A stretch of DNA of 63,068 nucleotides, filler included, from Coriobacteriales bacterium (lineage in GTDB: Bacteria; Actinomycetota; Coriobacteriia; Coriobacteriales; UBA8131), in NCBI GenBank assembly GCA_031263105.1. It is 7 parts of 7 records of this genome, joined end to end, with 100 filler letters (N's around TTAATTAATTAA, not from the genome) between each part and the next. Parts side by side here need not be neighbours in the genome. Positions count along the whole stretch, not along the records: positions 1 to 20,866 come from JAISGJ010000054.1; 6 more parts are not named here. One strand, given 5' to 3'. This document shows, one piece after another, positions 9,465 to 18,691 of the stretch. Position numbers and translations under genes: made by a program. The notes under the pieces are model-generated. The model was not told where the DNA came from, ran no database searches, and saw only the letters and a program-made list of their open reading frames with translations. Within the stretch, counting starts at the first letter, position 1; every line of letters begins with the position of its first letter.

Positions 9465-10655
9465 CTATCTTTCAAAGACGCTGGCGTCCATGCCGTGACG
9501 CATGGCGCTCAGGATCTGTTGGGCGCTGCCCAGTTCGACGGAACGTGGGCGCATGGTGTGGCGATGGGACGTGCCGTCGGTCAGGTCTGCGGTCCTGACG
9601 TCATCGAACACGGTGAGGGCGCCTTCCGGACAGATGTCGCGGCAGCTTCCGCACTTCACGCAGTCTGCGGGACGGTGCTCCACGCCGAACGTGCCGTGCC
9701 CGCCGCCGTCTGCACCGCCATCCCTGTCGAACTTCCGAATGGCCCCGGTGGGACAGAACGTCGCGCACATCCGACAGGACGAGCATTTCCGCCCGTCGAT
9801 CGCCACGCGCCCCCACAGGCGCACCGACAGACTGCCGACACGAGGCCCGCCGAGCAGGGCAAGCGCGTTGAGCAGCCTCTCGCGCCGATCGGGCAGGAAA
9901 TGGGGCAGCGTGCCGTCCTTCATGACGTGCGGAAGCGGGCGCGCCGCGCTCGGCGGAACGCCCGACCCTGCAGGAGCCGCCGTCGGCGCAGCTGTCGCGC
10001 GGTTGCCGCTGCCGTTCGAGAAATACGCTGCGACGGCACCGTCGGCGGCGGCGGGCCCGTCGGCGGCGACGACCAGATCGGCAGGGACGCCTTGTTCGAT
10101 GCATATGCGCACGGCGCTCCCCCAGGCCTCAAGGAGCGTGCCTGCGGTGCCCGCAACAAGCCTGGCGCAGTCCAGCCCATGCGCCTGTGCGCATCGGCTG
10201 CACTCCCCACATGCCAGATGGATGCAGCGCGCGCCCCGCACGGCAAGCTCGACGACAAGCGACTCCTCCACCCTGCCGAGGCAGACCACCGAGGCCACGC
10301 GCCCCTCGTCGATGAGTCCTGAGACGGCGCACCTGAGCTGCTCGCACATGATGACCGCCTCGCCGTCTCGCAAGGCGCGGACGCACGAGGCCAAAAGCTG
10401 CGCGTCGCTTGGATTGCGGGATTCCAAGGCGCAGGTCGGGCAGACCGTTGCGCAGGTTCCGCATCCGACGCACCGCGCGGCATCGACGACAAGCTCGCCG
10501 TCGACAAGCGATATGCATCCCGATGTGCATGCGTCGGCACATCTCAGGCAGGAGACGTTGCGGTTGCGCACCTTGGCGCAACGCTCCTGGCGCACCGTGA
10601 CGGCCGCCGTGTCCATCTGATCTAAGACGCCGGAGACGGCGCGGGGGCCTGGCAT
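9465..10655 (-). CDS. Polyferredoxin / multi-[4Fe-4S] protein
   Basis: CLRCADAC, CVGCGTCATVCP, CSSCRMCATFCP, CVKCGSCRDICP. Confidence 0.85.
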   Translation of the reverse strand: MPGPRAVSGVLDQMDTAAVTVRQERCAKVRNRNVSCLRCADACTSGCISLVDGELVVDAARCVGCGTCATVCPTCALESRNPSDAQLLASCVRALRDGEAVIMCEQLRCAVSGLIDEGRVASVVCLGRVEESLVVELAVRGARCIHLACGECSRCAQAHGLDCARLVAGTAGTLLEAWGSAVRICIEQGVPADLVVAADGPAAADGAVAAYFSNGSGNRATAAPTAAPAGSGVPPSAARPLPHVMKDGTLPHFLPDRRERLLNALALLGGPRVGSLSVRLWGRVAIDGRKCSSCRMCATFCPTGAIRKFDRDGGADGGGHGTFGVEHRPADCVKCGSCRDICPEGALTVFDDVRTADLTDGTSHRHTMRPRSVELGSAQQILSAMRHGMDASVFER

Positions 10656-10658
10656 GGT

Positions 10659-11609
10659 CTAGCCGTTCTCCTTCTCCGGCCCCTTGCCTTCGAGGCCGCC
10701 CGATGCCTTAGTCCTGACGCTACGGCCGGCAAGGAGCGGCATACTGAGGGCACCGGTCGGACATGCGTCCAGGCAGGCCCGGCAATGGGTGCAGTCGGCC
10801 AGGCCGCGCTCCCCGAAATCAGGGTGACGCACATCGATCCCGGCATCGCATGCAAGGGCGCAGCGGCTGCAGGGCTTCCCCTCAGCGGTCTCCAGGCACC
10901 TGTTGTCATCGATCACGGGCCTGAACGTCCTGCTGAAGCGTGACACCAGGTTCATGAGTCCCGCGAGCGGGCAGATGCGCGTGCACCACTTTCGCAGGAC
11001 CACGATCTCCACCACAAGCAGAAGGGGCACGAGCACGACCGACCACGTGACGTCACCGAAGGCGAAGAGGCGCCAACCCGTCAACACGGTCGCAAACGTG
11101 AGCCCGACGGGACAGACGAGGCAGAACACCGGAAACCCGAACACCGCCGTGGAGAGCAGGGCCCCGCCGAGCACGAAGTGGCGCGAGTCGAGGGCGGCGC
11201 GCTTCTGCGCACAGCTCCCGGAGGACGGACAGCCCTGTGCGCACCCCGGCTCCCGCTTCGCACGGGCGAGCACGACGTTGCGCCGCGCGTCCTTCAGGGC
11301 CTTGCGCCTCTTGGGAGAACGGAAGAAGCCTCTGACGCGCTCCAGCAGCGGCACGGGGCAGGCCCATCCGCAGAAGGCCCTTCCCAGCGCCAGCACGACC
11401 AGCACCATGGCCACGAGGGAGATGACAGCGCGGGGGATGAGCGTCCTGGTGGATATCATGACGGCAAGCGCTCCCAACGGGCATAGGAGCGAGATGTCGT
11501 CCCACCCGAGACCCGAGAGCGTGCCTGTGCCGACACCCACGACCAACCCGACGGACAGCGACACGAACACAGCCGATGCCACGATGACACGCACTTTCTC
11601 CGAGCTCAT
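10659..11609 (-). CDS. NapH/MauN-like membrane ferredoxin
   Basis: LCPLG, GRAFCGWACP, WCTRICP, C-terminal CxxCxxxC pairs, TM helices; start overlaps the upstream stop. Confidence 0.82.
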   Translation of the reverse strand: MSSEKVRVIVASAVFVSLSVGLVVGVGTGTLSGLGWDDISLLCPLGALAVMISTRTLIPRAVISLVAMVLVVLALGRAFCGWACPVPLLERVRGFFRSPKRRKALKDARRNVVLARAKREPGCAQGCPSSGSCAQKRAALDSRHFVLGGALLSTAVFGFPVFCLVCPVGLTFATVLTGWRLFAFGDVTWSVVLVPLLLVVEIVVLRKWCTRICPLAGLMNLVSRFSRTFRPVIDDNRCLETAEGKPCSRCALACDAGIDVRHPDFGERGLADCTHCRACLDACPTGALSMPLLAGRSVRTKASGGLEGKGPEKENG

Positions 11610-12286
11610 GACAGGCTCCTTCGATTCGATGCCTCGACCGCCCTGACGACGATCGCGCGCTCGGTCGCGCCCGTGGCGATCGAAGCCGCCTCGAGCGAGA
11701 CGCACACGCTCTCGCAGGCACCGCAGCCGTTGCACTTCTCTGCGATGACGCGGGGGCGCGGGCTCCGCGTGTCGCTGCTCAGCTCCATGGCCTCGTAAGG
11801 ACAGGCATCGTAGCAATACCGACAGCTGGTGTCGCGGTATGCCAGGCACGTGCCCTCGTCAATTACCGCCAGGCCGACAATCGTGTTCTCCGGCCCAGAG
11901 TCAGACGGAAGCCCGAGCGCGCCTGTGGGGCACACGCGCACGCACAGCGGGTCACCGCCGTTCTCTTCGACACAGAAGTCGCAGAAGTCGTCGGAGAAGT
12001 CCAAGGTCGGCGAGCGCACGCCCAGCAGGCCGTCCTCAAGATGGGCCGGCACTATGACCTTGCGGGGGCAGACCTCGTAACATTTCTCGCAGCGAACGCA
12101 TGCCGAGAGAAGAGCGTCCTCGTCCTGACCTCCTGGAGGACGGCAGAGCGGCGTGCTCCCCACATAACGCATTGCGCCCAGGCCCATGAACGCCGCCGTG
12201 CCGCCCAACCCGATCAACAGGTTGCGCCGGGAGACGCCTGTCGGCGCACCGATGCCTTGGGCGTCCGAGGCCGCATCCTTATCCAT
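11606..12286 (-). CDS. NapG/MauM-like Tat ferredoxin
   Basis: SRRNLL signal, RPPG motif, CVRCEKCYEVCP and further Cys clusters. Confidence 0.85.
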   Translation of the reverse strand: MDKDAASDAQGIGAPTGVSRRNLLIGLGGTAAFMGLGAMRYVGSTPLCRPPGGQDEDALLSACVRCEKCYEVCPRKVIVPAHLEDGLLGVRSPTLDFSDDFCDFCVEENGGDPLCVRVCPTGALGLPSDSGPENTIVGLAVIDEGTCLAYRDTSCRYCYDACPYEAMELSSDTRSPRPRVIAEKCNGCGACESVCVSLEAASIATGATERAIVVRAVEASNRRSLS

Positions 12287-12483
12287 TGCATCTCCTTTTC
12301 ATGCGCCTGCACGCTCCACTGGGACAAGCGGGTTCGTGAAAACGGGGCCTGCGCGTTGCGAAAGCGAGGCAAGGACGATTGAGAGGCCCCGCTGTCACGA
12401 ACCACCATAGACGACCGCGTGGACAATGCGATCCGAGTCAAGCGCCCGACAAAGGCCGGCCAGAACCTCTGCCGGGCGCTCTT

Positions 12484-13380
12484 TCAGTACAGGGCAAAAA
12501 CGTTGAGGGCGACCACGTAGAGAATGACGCGCCAGGAGAGGGAGCCCACGACCGTGCATGCGAGCGCGATTCCGGCAACGACAGCGAGCGTCGTGCCCTC
12601 CAGGCGCCTTATCGGCCAAAGCAGCGCAAGCGCGGCAGCGATGCCGACGACGATGACGCCGATCCAGAACGGGACGGCCTGGCTGCCCGCCAAGATGCTT
12701 TGCATGAGCGACGGGGGATCGACCATGGCGACGTCGGGCAGAGTCGGGTCGAAGTAATACGAGATGTCGGCCGAATACAGGTCGGCCGACCCGTTGACGA
12801 CAAAGGCGTACACGAGCACCACTGCCGCCTGCAACAGGCCGCCGACCAGCGCCAGGCGCACACCGATGCCCCTGGAGCCTTCGCTTTTTGTCAGACCCGT
12901 GAGAATCAGGGAGACCATGCCGCCCATGAACACCGTGTTCGTGAGATAGAACGCGACCAGCAAAGGGCTGTCCCACGACGGAAGGGCCGGCATGAGGTAG
13001 CTCATGCCCGTCACCGCCGGCAGCGCAAGGCCGACGGCGACCGCCATGATGCCGCACCACACGGGAGCCGCGCCTTCCTCGGAGCGTCGCATCATCAAGA
13101 AATAGAGCGCCAGTGCCACGGCAAAGACGACACAGCCGATGAGCTCCAGCGTGATGCCCGACGTGATGTGCCCGAAGCCGTTGAAGATCCGCTCCCAGTG
13201 CTGCAGATGTAGGAACACCGCCGCACCGCCGACGGCCAGCGCCGCCAGCGCCGTGACCAAGGAGGGCAACTGGGTGCTCCTGCCCTTCCCCATGACCGTC
13301 AGCACCCCCTGGGCGCCGAACGTGCCGCCTGCGACACAGAGGAAGAACGTGAAGAGTATCAGAGGCCATTCCGGATGCAT
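12484..13380 (-). CDS. DmsC/NrfD-like membrane anchor subunit
   Basis: EWPLILFT, HLQHWERIFNGF, multi-pass; follows the Fe-S subunit. Confidence 0.82.
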   Translation of the reverse strand: MHPEWPLILFTFFLCVAGGTFGAQGVLTVMGKGRSTQLPSLVTALAALAVGGAAVFLHLQHWERIFNGFGHITSGITLELIGCVVFAVALALYFLMMRRSEEGAAPVWCGIMAVAVGLALPAVTGMSYLMPALPSWDSPLLVAFYLTNTVFMGGMVSLILTGLTKSEGSRGIGVRLALVGGLLQAAVVLVYAFVVNGSADLYSADISYYFDPTLPDVAMVDPPSLMQSILAGSQAVPFWIGVIVVGIAAALALLWPIRRLEGTTLAVVAGIALACTVVGSLSWRVILYVVALNVFALY

Positions 13381-13383
13381 GTT

Positions 13384-14043
13384 CTACTCCCTCCACTTCC
13401 GGCCCTCACGCATGAGGTACATGATCTTCGGCTTGTTGCCCTTGTCCACCAGATGATGGATGTCGTTTTCTGTGTAAGGCTCGACATAGTCCTTCAGACT
13501 GACGCGTGTGGCCGTCATCTCGTCGTACTGACAACTGGGGCTGTCGGGGTGCGCCGGTGCCTTGAAGGTATCGACGCCCTCGTCGAGGTCACCGAAGAAA
13601 CGGGCGCGCGCGCCGCATTGGGCAACGCATTGCGGCAGCTCGCCCTGGGTGATGCGCTGTTCGCAGAGCGTGCATTTCTCAACGACGCGCTCCTCCTGGT
13701 TCAGGTAGCGCACGCCGTAAGGACACGCCATGGCGCAGAACTGGCAGCCTATGCATTTCGACTTGTCAATTTGGACGGTGCCGTCCTCGCGGACATGCGA
13801 TGCCTCGGTAGGGCACACCAGGACGCACTCGGGGCTCTCGCAATGCTGGCACTGGACAGGGAGGAAGTACATCTCGACGTCCGGGTACGTGCCCGATCCG
13901 CCTTCGACGGGATGCGGGCCGATACGCAGGGTCTTGATCCAAAAATCTCCCACGTCCACGCCGTTGATGGCCTTGCACGCAACGGTGCAGGCCAGGCAGC
14001 CGGTACAACGGTTCAGATCCGTGACGATCGCGTAATTCGCCAT
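13384..14043 (-). CDS. 4Fe-4S beta subunit of the Mo-enzyme
   Basis: DLNRCTGCLACTVAC, CQHC..P.C..VCP, CIGCQFCAMACPY, KCTLC. Confidence 0.9.
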   Translation of the reverse strand: MANYAIVTDLNRCTGCLACTVACKAINGVDVGDFWIKTLRIGPHPVEGGSGTYPDVEMYFLPVQCQHCESPECVLVCPTEASHVREDGTVQIDKSKCIGCQFCAMACPYGVRYLNQEERVVEKCTLCEQRITQGELPQCVAQCGARARFFGDLDEGVDTFKAPAHPDSPSCQYDEMTATRVSLKDYVEPYTENDIHHLVDKGNKPKIMYLMREGRKWRE

Positions 14044-14057
14044 ATGCGTAGTGCCCC

Positions 14058-17000
14058 CTATTCCTTGATCAGGCTCTTGCCGGACTGAAGACCTCCGGCA
14101 GAACGGTTGGCGAAGGTCAGCTCGACCTTGGAATCGTCCAGACGCGGGTCGTTGGAAAGCCATTCCTTCAGACGCTCGTCGTTGGCGTTCGTGATGACGG
14201 GGTTTCCATCCGGATCGCATGGCACGGGGTTCCCGTGCGGGCTGTTCTCCGCCGTCGCCTTGTAGACGAGCACGGGCACACCGCGCAGCTGCGAGGCGCC
14301 GCATATCCAGCACTGGGCATACTTGTCCATCGTGCAGTTGATGTTCACCAACTCGAACCCGTGGGACGCGGTGTCGATCTCCGGGTACCACCAGGCGTGG
14401 TTCGCATTGACCGTGCCTTCCTTGATGCCGTAATACAGGTCGACGACCTCACGGATGGCGCCCCAGGGACTGCGGATCCATATCCAATCGCCTTGTTCCA
14501 GGCCCAGCCGCGCGGCATCGTTGGGGTTGACCTCCAACCGCGGGCTCGGCCACAGTTCGCGGCACCAGGGGAGCTGGCGATGCTCCGAGTGGAAATACAC
14601 CGGCTGACGGGCGCCCGTCGTCATGATGAAGGCGTTGTCGGGGTACTTCTGCAGGTTCTCTCGATACTCTTCGACGAGATGATCCCCTCGATAGTTGTCG
14701 TTGATGTAGGCGTCGGTCACCGTGATCCGGTCGACGAGGGAGGCATCGAAGTACTCGGGGTTCGAGACCCTGGAGTTCTTCGGCTCAATCCAATGGGGGA
14801 ACTTGTCGATGTCCGGTATCTCCGGATCGACGACATTCGTGCTGGAGAACGTGGCAGCGCCGTCGGGTATGTAGGTCTCGGCAATGGTCGACCAGATCTC
14901 CACTTTGGCGGTAGGGGTCATGAACCCGCACTTCTCGTCGATGGCCGCGTACAGGTTGTAACCGCCTTGCTGACGACGATAGCCCATCTCCCAGCGTCGG
15001 TAGGTGCCCCAGCGCTCCGGGTGCCACTTGCGGCAGTCGAACCAGCCCTCCTCTTGGAACTTCGCGGCGAACTGCGGGAAGTCCGGGCCGTCGGGACACT
15101 CCTCGTACTTCCACCAGTCGGTCGCGTCCTTGAGCACGCGGTACTCCTGCTCCTCGTAACTGACAGGGCCGCCCATCTGGACGAACTGGTTGTAATCCAG
15201 GTCGTTCCATTGGTCGTACTCGGGGTCGCGGTCGTTCCACACCACACCCATTGCCTTGTACAGGCAGATGACGCCGACCGGGTCGTAGATGCAGTCGCCG
15301 ACAGGCTCCGCGCAACGTTGCCCAGCACCGAAGATGCCGCCCGCGCCCTGCGACACGCGGCCCGTGTTGACCTCCAGCCAGTGCAGGACGGGGATGACTA
15401 TGTCCGCACAGCCGTTGTTCGGACAGGACCACAGGTTGAAGTCCAACCAGAAGTCCAGGCGCGTGAGCGCCTCCCAGGCCTCGAACAGGTTGGACTCGTT
15501 CATGAAGTCGCCGGACATACAGACGCCGCCATGGATCTGGTAGGGGGTGTCGATCTCGTTGACGGAGTCCCAGATGGCCGTAGAGTCGGCCCAGCGGTTC
15601 CAGTAGCGCAGCAGGGGGAAGCGTTCGGCGGAGATCTGCCTCTCATTGCTCTCAAAGGGGGTCTTGAGCGCCGGCCAGGCCCGGCTCGACCTATAGGCGC
15701 CGCCCTTGCGCTCGGCGACCCAGCGCGCCTCGTCGTTGCTGGGCACATGGTTGCCGTAACGTTCGGCCAGGGGCGACTTCTCGTCTATGAGGTAGCGCAC
15801 AAAGTTCTGGATGAGCGGTATCTGCTGTTCGACGGACAGGTCGCGCGGCGTGTCGCCCAGCTCCATCGTGCCGACGTCCAAGCCCCACTCGCGCGGCTCG
15901 TGGTCGGTTTTCAACATATTGGCGCGCCCGCAGCAGCCATCGACCTGCGCCTTGGATGAGCCGCGATTGCCTGCGGGCTCGTCGGAGTTGCCGGTTATGC
16001 AGGCGATGATCTGGAGGGCACGGGTGTTCTGGACGGCATGTCCGGTCTGGTCCGGTGCCAGCTGGTAATGGATGCCGCCGTTGCCGTGAAGCGGGTTCAG
16101 GCGCGTCGTGTAGATGCGCACGCCCTCCTCTATCTTCTCGGCGGGAACCTCGGTGACCTCCTCCACGTAGTCCAAGGTGTACTGCGCAAGGCTGTCAGAG
16201 AATGCCTCCCATACCGTGTCTGCCCTGACGGTGGAGCCGTCCTTGAGCCTCACCTCCACACCGCCGGGGAACAGTGCGGGGTTCTTGGGGAGCCCTGCGG
16301 GGTTGGACCGTGCACCGCCCTCGTTGCCCTCGTTCCAGTAGGCGTCGAAGGCGGAATCGGACGGGTCGGCGAAACGCGAGGGGTCGGGAAGCCAGGCATC
16401 GGCTATGAGGGGTTTGTAGGGGTGCTCGATCCACGTCCCCGTCGTGGGGATCCTGTGTTTCTCGCCTTCCCACTGACAGGCCTCGCTGTCCCAGAAGGTC
16501 GGCTTGCCGTTGTTCTCATCCCAACAGATGAAGCGCTGGTAGCGACCCTCGTAATCCCAGTATTGGTTCACCCATTCGGGGTCGAGGTCGGCCTCGGTGA
16601 GAATGCGGCTCTCCATGTCCACGCCGCCGTTCATCTCCATGAAGTAACCCTTGGCGGTGCGCCCGTCCTCCTCGGGGTTCCAAAGGAAAGGCGCATTGCT
16701 CCAACGCCGGACGAAGAGGTCGTCGTATGCCTCGTTGTCGATGATCCATTTGAGCCAGCCCAATGCCAGGCAGAGGTCGGTGCCGACGCGCAAGGGCAGC
16801 CAGACATCGGCCTCCTTGCCCAACGGCGTCATGCGCGGATCGACGAGGATGTGCCTGTAGGCACGCTGCGAGCAGTCGACGACCGTGCGGTTCGTGGAGT
16901 CGTAGTTCGAGTATTCCGACGCGGTGCCCCACTGGACATACACGAGCGGGCCCTGCTCGACCTCCATCCACGGCGAGCCGATCTCATCCGTCAGGATGCC

Positions 17001-17570
17001 GCCGAAATGGCGGGGGCCCTTGCATATCTCATAGGCAAGATGGGCGTTGGGTGTGGGAAAGATGGACTTCAGCGTGCCGTAAGGCGGCTGGGCCCAGACG
17101 CGCGAGGTCCCGCCCATGGCGAAATTGGCCTCTCCGCCGTACTTCTCCACTATCTCGTTGAACTTCTCGCCGGCCGTGTCAAAGGCCTCGCCCAGGGAGA
17201 TGCGCACCCATCCGGGATCGTCCTCGCCCTTGGGGTTCGTGCGCTTCATGCAGTAGCGAAGGCGGTCGGGATGGTACAGGGCAAGCATGGACGACTGCGA
17301 CTTCGCGCAACAGTGCCCGCGGCTGTGGGCGTTGGACTCGTCGCCCTCCACCTTTATGACCTTGCCGTCCTGGACAGTGACCCAGACCCCGCATTCGACT
17401 TTCCCGCATGCCCGACAGCAGGAGCGAATCCGCTTGACCTCGCCCGCCGAGGCGTCCTCGCCCTCGGCAAGGGCCGTCGATGTCTTTACCGAGAACCCGA
17501 CGGCACATGCGGCACCCATGACCGCAGAGGCCTTCAGAAAGCTCCGACGGGTCAGTGAGAGTCTCGTCAT
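14058..17570 (-). CDS. Large Mo-bisPGD oxidoreductase, catechol-dehydroxylase (Dadh/Hcdh/Cadh-like) clade
   Basis: TRRSFLK Tat signal; CCRACGKVECGV, YHPDRL, RTNPKGEDDPGW, ICKGPRHF, YVQWG..SE.SNYD, GNGGI.Y, YFHSEHRQ motifs recalled from Eggerthella dehydroxylases. Confidence 0.85.
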   Translation of the reverse strand: MTRLSLTRRSFLKASAVMGAACAVGFSVKTSTALAEGEDASAGEVKRIRSCCRACGKVECGVWVTVQDGKVIKVEGDESNAHSRGHCCAKSQSSMLALYHPDRLRYCMKRTNPKGEDDPGWVRISLGEAFDTAGEKFNEIVEKYGGEANFAMGGTSRVWAQPPYGTLKSIFPTPNAHLAYEICKGPRHFGGILTDEIGSPWMEVEQGPLVYVQWGTASEYSNYDSTNRTVVDCSQRAYRHILVDPRMTPLGKEADVWLPLRVGTDLCLALGWLKWIIDNEAYDDLFVRRWSNAPFLWNPEEDGRTAKGYFMEMNGGVDMESRILTEADLDPEWVNQYWDYEGRYQRFICWDENNGKPTFWDSEACQWEGEKHRIPTTGTWIEHPYKPLIADAWLPDPSRFADPSDSAFDAYWNEGNEGGARSNPAGLPKNPALFPGGVEVRLKDGSTVRADTVWEAFSDSLAQYTLDYVEEVTEVPAEKIEEGVRIYTTRLNPLHGNGGIHYQLAPDQTGHAVQNTRALQIIACITGNSDEPAGNRGSSKAQVDGCCGRANMLKTDHEPREWGLDVGTMELGDTPRDLSVEQQIPLIQNFVRYLIDEKSPLAERYGNHVPSNDEARWVAERKGGAYRSSRAWPALKTPFESNERQISAERFPLLRYWNRWADSTAIWDSVNEIDTPYQIHGGVCMSGDFMNESNLFEAWEALTRLDFWLDFNLWSCPNNGCADIVIPVLHWLEVNTGRVSQGAGGIFGAGQRCAEPVGDCIYDPVGVICLYKAMGVVWNDRDPEYDQWNDLDYNQFVQMGGPVSYEEQEYRVLKDATDWWKYEECPDGPDFPQFAAKFQEEGWFDCRKWHPERWGTYRRWEMGYRRQQGGYNLYAAIDEKCGFMTPTAKVEIWSTIAETYIPDGAATFSSTNVVDPEIPDIDKFPHWIEPKNSRVSNPEYFDASLVDRITVTDAYINDNYRGDHLVEEYRENLQKYPDNAFIMTTGARQPVYFHSEHRQLPWCRELWPSPRLEVNPNDAARLGLEQGDWIWIRSPWGAIREVVDLYYGIKEGTVNANHAWWYPEIDTASHGFELVNINCTMDKYAQCWICGASQLRGVPVLVYKATAENSPHGNPVPCDPDGNPVITNANDERLKEWLSNDPRLDDSKVELTFANRSAGGLQSGKSLIKE

Positions 17571-17833
17571 GTGTCCCTCCTCTCTCTTTCTCTCTCTTGT
17601 CACCGGCTTCAAGAGACGCACCGGGCATCAGGCCCCGCTCGGCCGAACGGCCATGCGAATCTTACGTGCGTCGATTGTAGGGAGGACAACGGGGCCACAG
17701 GTAATGGCGGATGGATGCTTTTGCGACGACATATCATCCCCAGAAGATTATTTTGCTGTCTGACAGGCAGGTATACTCGACAGAGAAGAGAAGTGCCGTT
17801 CAGCGGAGCACCCGCCTGTCTGAGGAGGAAGCC

Positions 17834-18691
17834 ATGGCCTTGCCGCATCCGTCTTTGACGCTTGTCCTGGATATCGACCGACGCCTCGACAGCGAGGAGC
17901 TGCGCCTGGAGGTCGCCCGCAGCTACTCCCATGTCGGCCCTGTGCTTGTGCGGACGCACGGGGCGTCCGCATGCGATGCCACGACCAATACCGCCCGCCT
18001 CCTGGTGAAACTGGGCAGCAGGCGCTACCTGCACTCCGAGGACGAGGGGGCAGACGAGCTGTGGGAGCTGGTCGTGGGACGTTGGCTTCGCCGCATGCTC
18101 GACAAAGTGGGCAACAACATGAGGATATACAACCGCCGTCAGCGCGAGATAGGCGGCACCGAGCTTGTGTTCGACTGGATGGACATCGACCTGCAGAACG
18201 GCGCCCTGCACGCGCTGTTGCGCCTTGACTCCACAAGCGGCATCGGCCCCGAGGCGGGCAACCTGTTGACGGCTCTGCGCAACGCCTTGAACGACGGTGC
18301 ACTGGAGGGCGACATACGCGAGGTGACAATGCCCTCCGCTGCCTCCTGGGAGGCGCAAAAGGCCGCCTGCCGCGCCGCCGAGGACGGGCGCGAGGCGAAG
18401 AGGGCGGCGCAGGCTGCCGCAGAGGACGCGGCGAAGCGCGAGGCCCGGGAGGTTCTCGAGGCCCAGGCAGACGAGGAGTTCCTGGAATCGCCCGAGCTGA
18501 CGGCCTCGACAGGCCCCGCACACGACGACGGAGGAAAACACGGAGATGGGGGCGCAGAGGGGCTTTTCGAACTCCCCCGCCCGGACTTCCCCATCGACTA
18601 CCGCATCTGGTCGGTCGCTTGCACCGACGGCACCATGCGTGAGTTCGACTCTGCGTCCTGTTCGTTCACGACCGAGGGAGGCCTCCCTTGA
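17834..18691 (+). CDS. Hypothetical protein with an acidic/coiled C-terminal half
   Basis: SD GAGGAGG before ATG 17834, host-like codon usage, stop overlaps the next start. Confidence 0.75.
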   Translation: MALPHPSLTLVLDIDRRLDSEELRLEVARSYSHVGPVLVRTHGASACDATTNTARLLVKLGSRRYLHSEDEGADELWELVVGRWLRRMLDKVGNNMRIYNRRQREIGGTELVFDWMDIDLQNGALHALLRLDSTSGIGPEAGNLLTALRNALNDGALEGDIREVTMPSAASWEAQKAACRAAEDGREAKRAAQAAAEDAAKREAREVLEAQADEEFLESPELTASTGPAHDDGGKHGDGGAEGLFELPRPDFPIDYRIWSVACTDGTMREFDSASCSFTTEGGLP

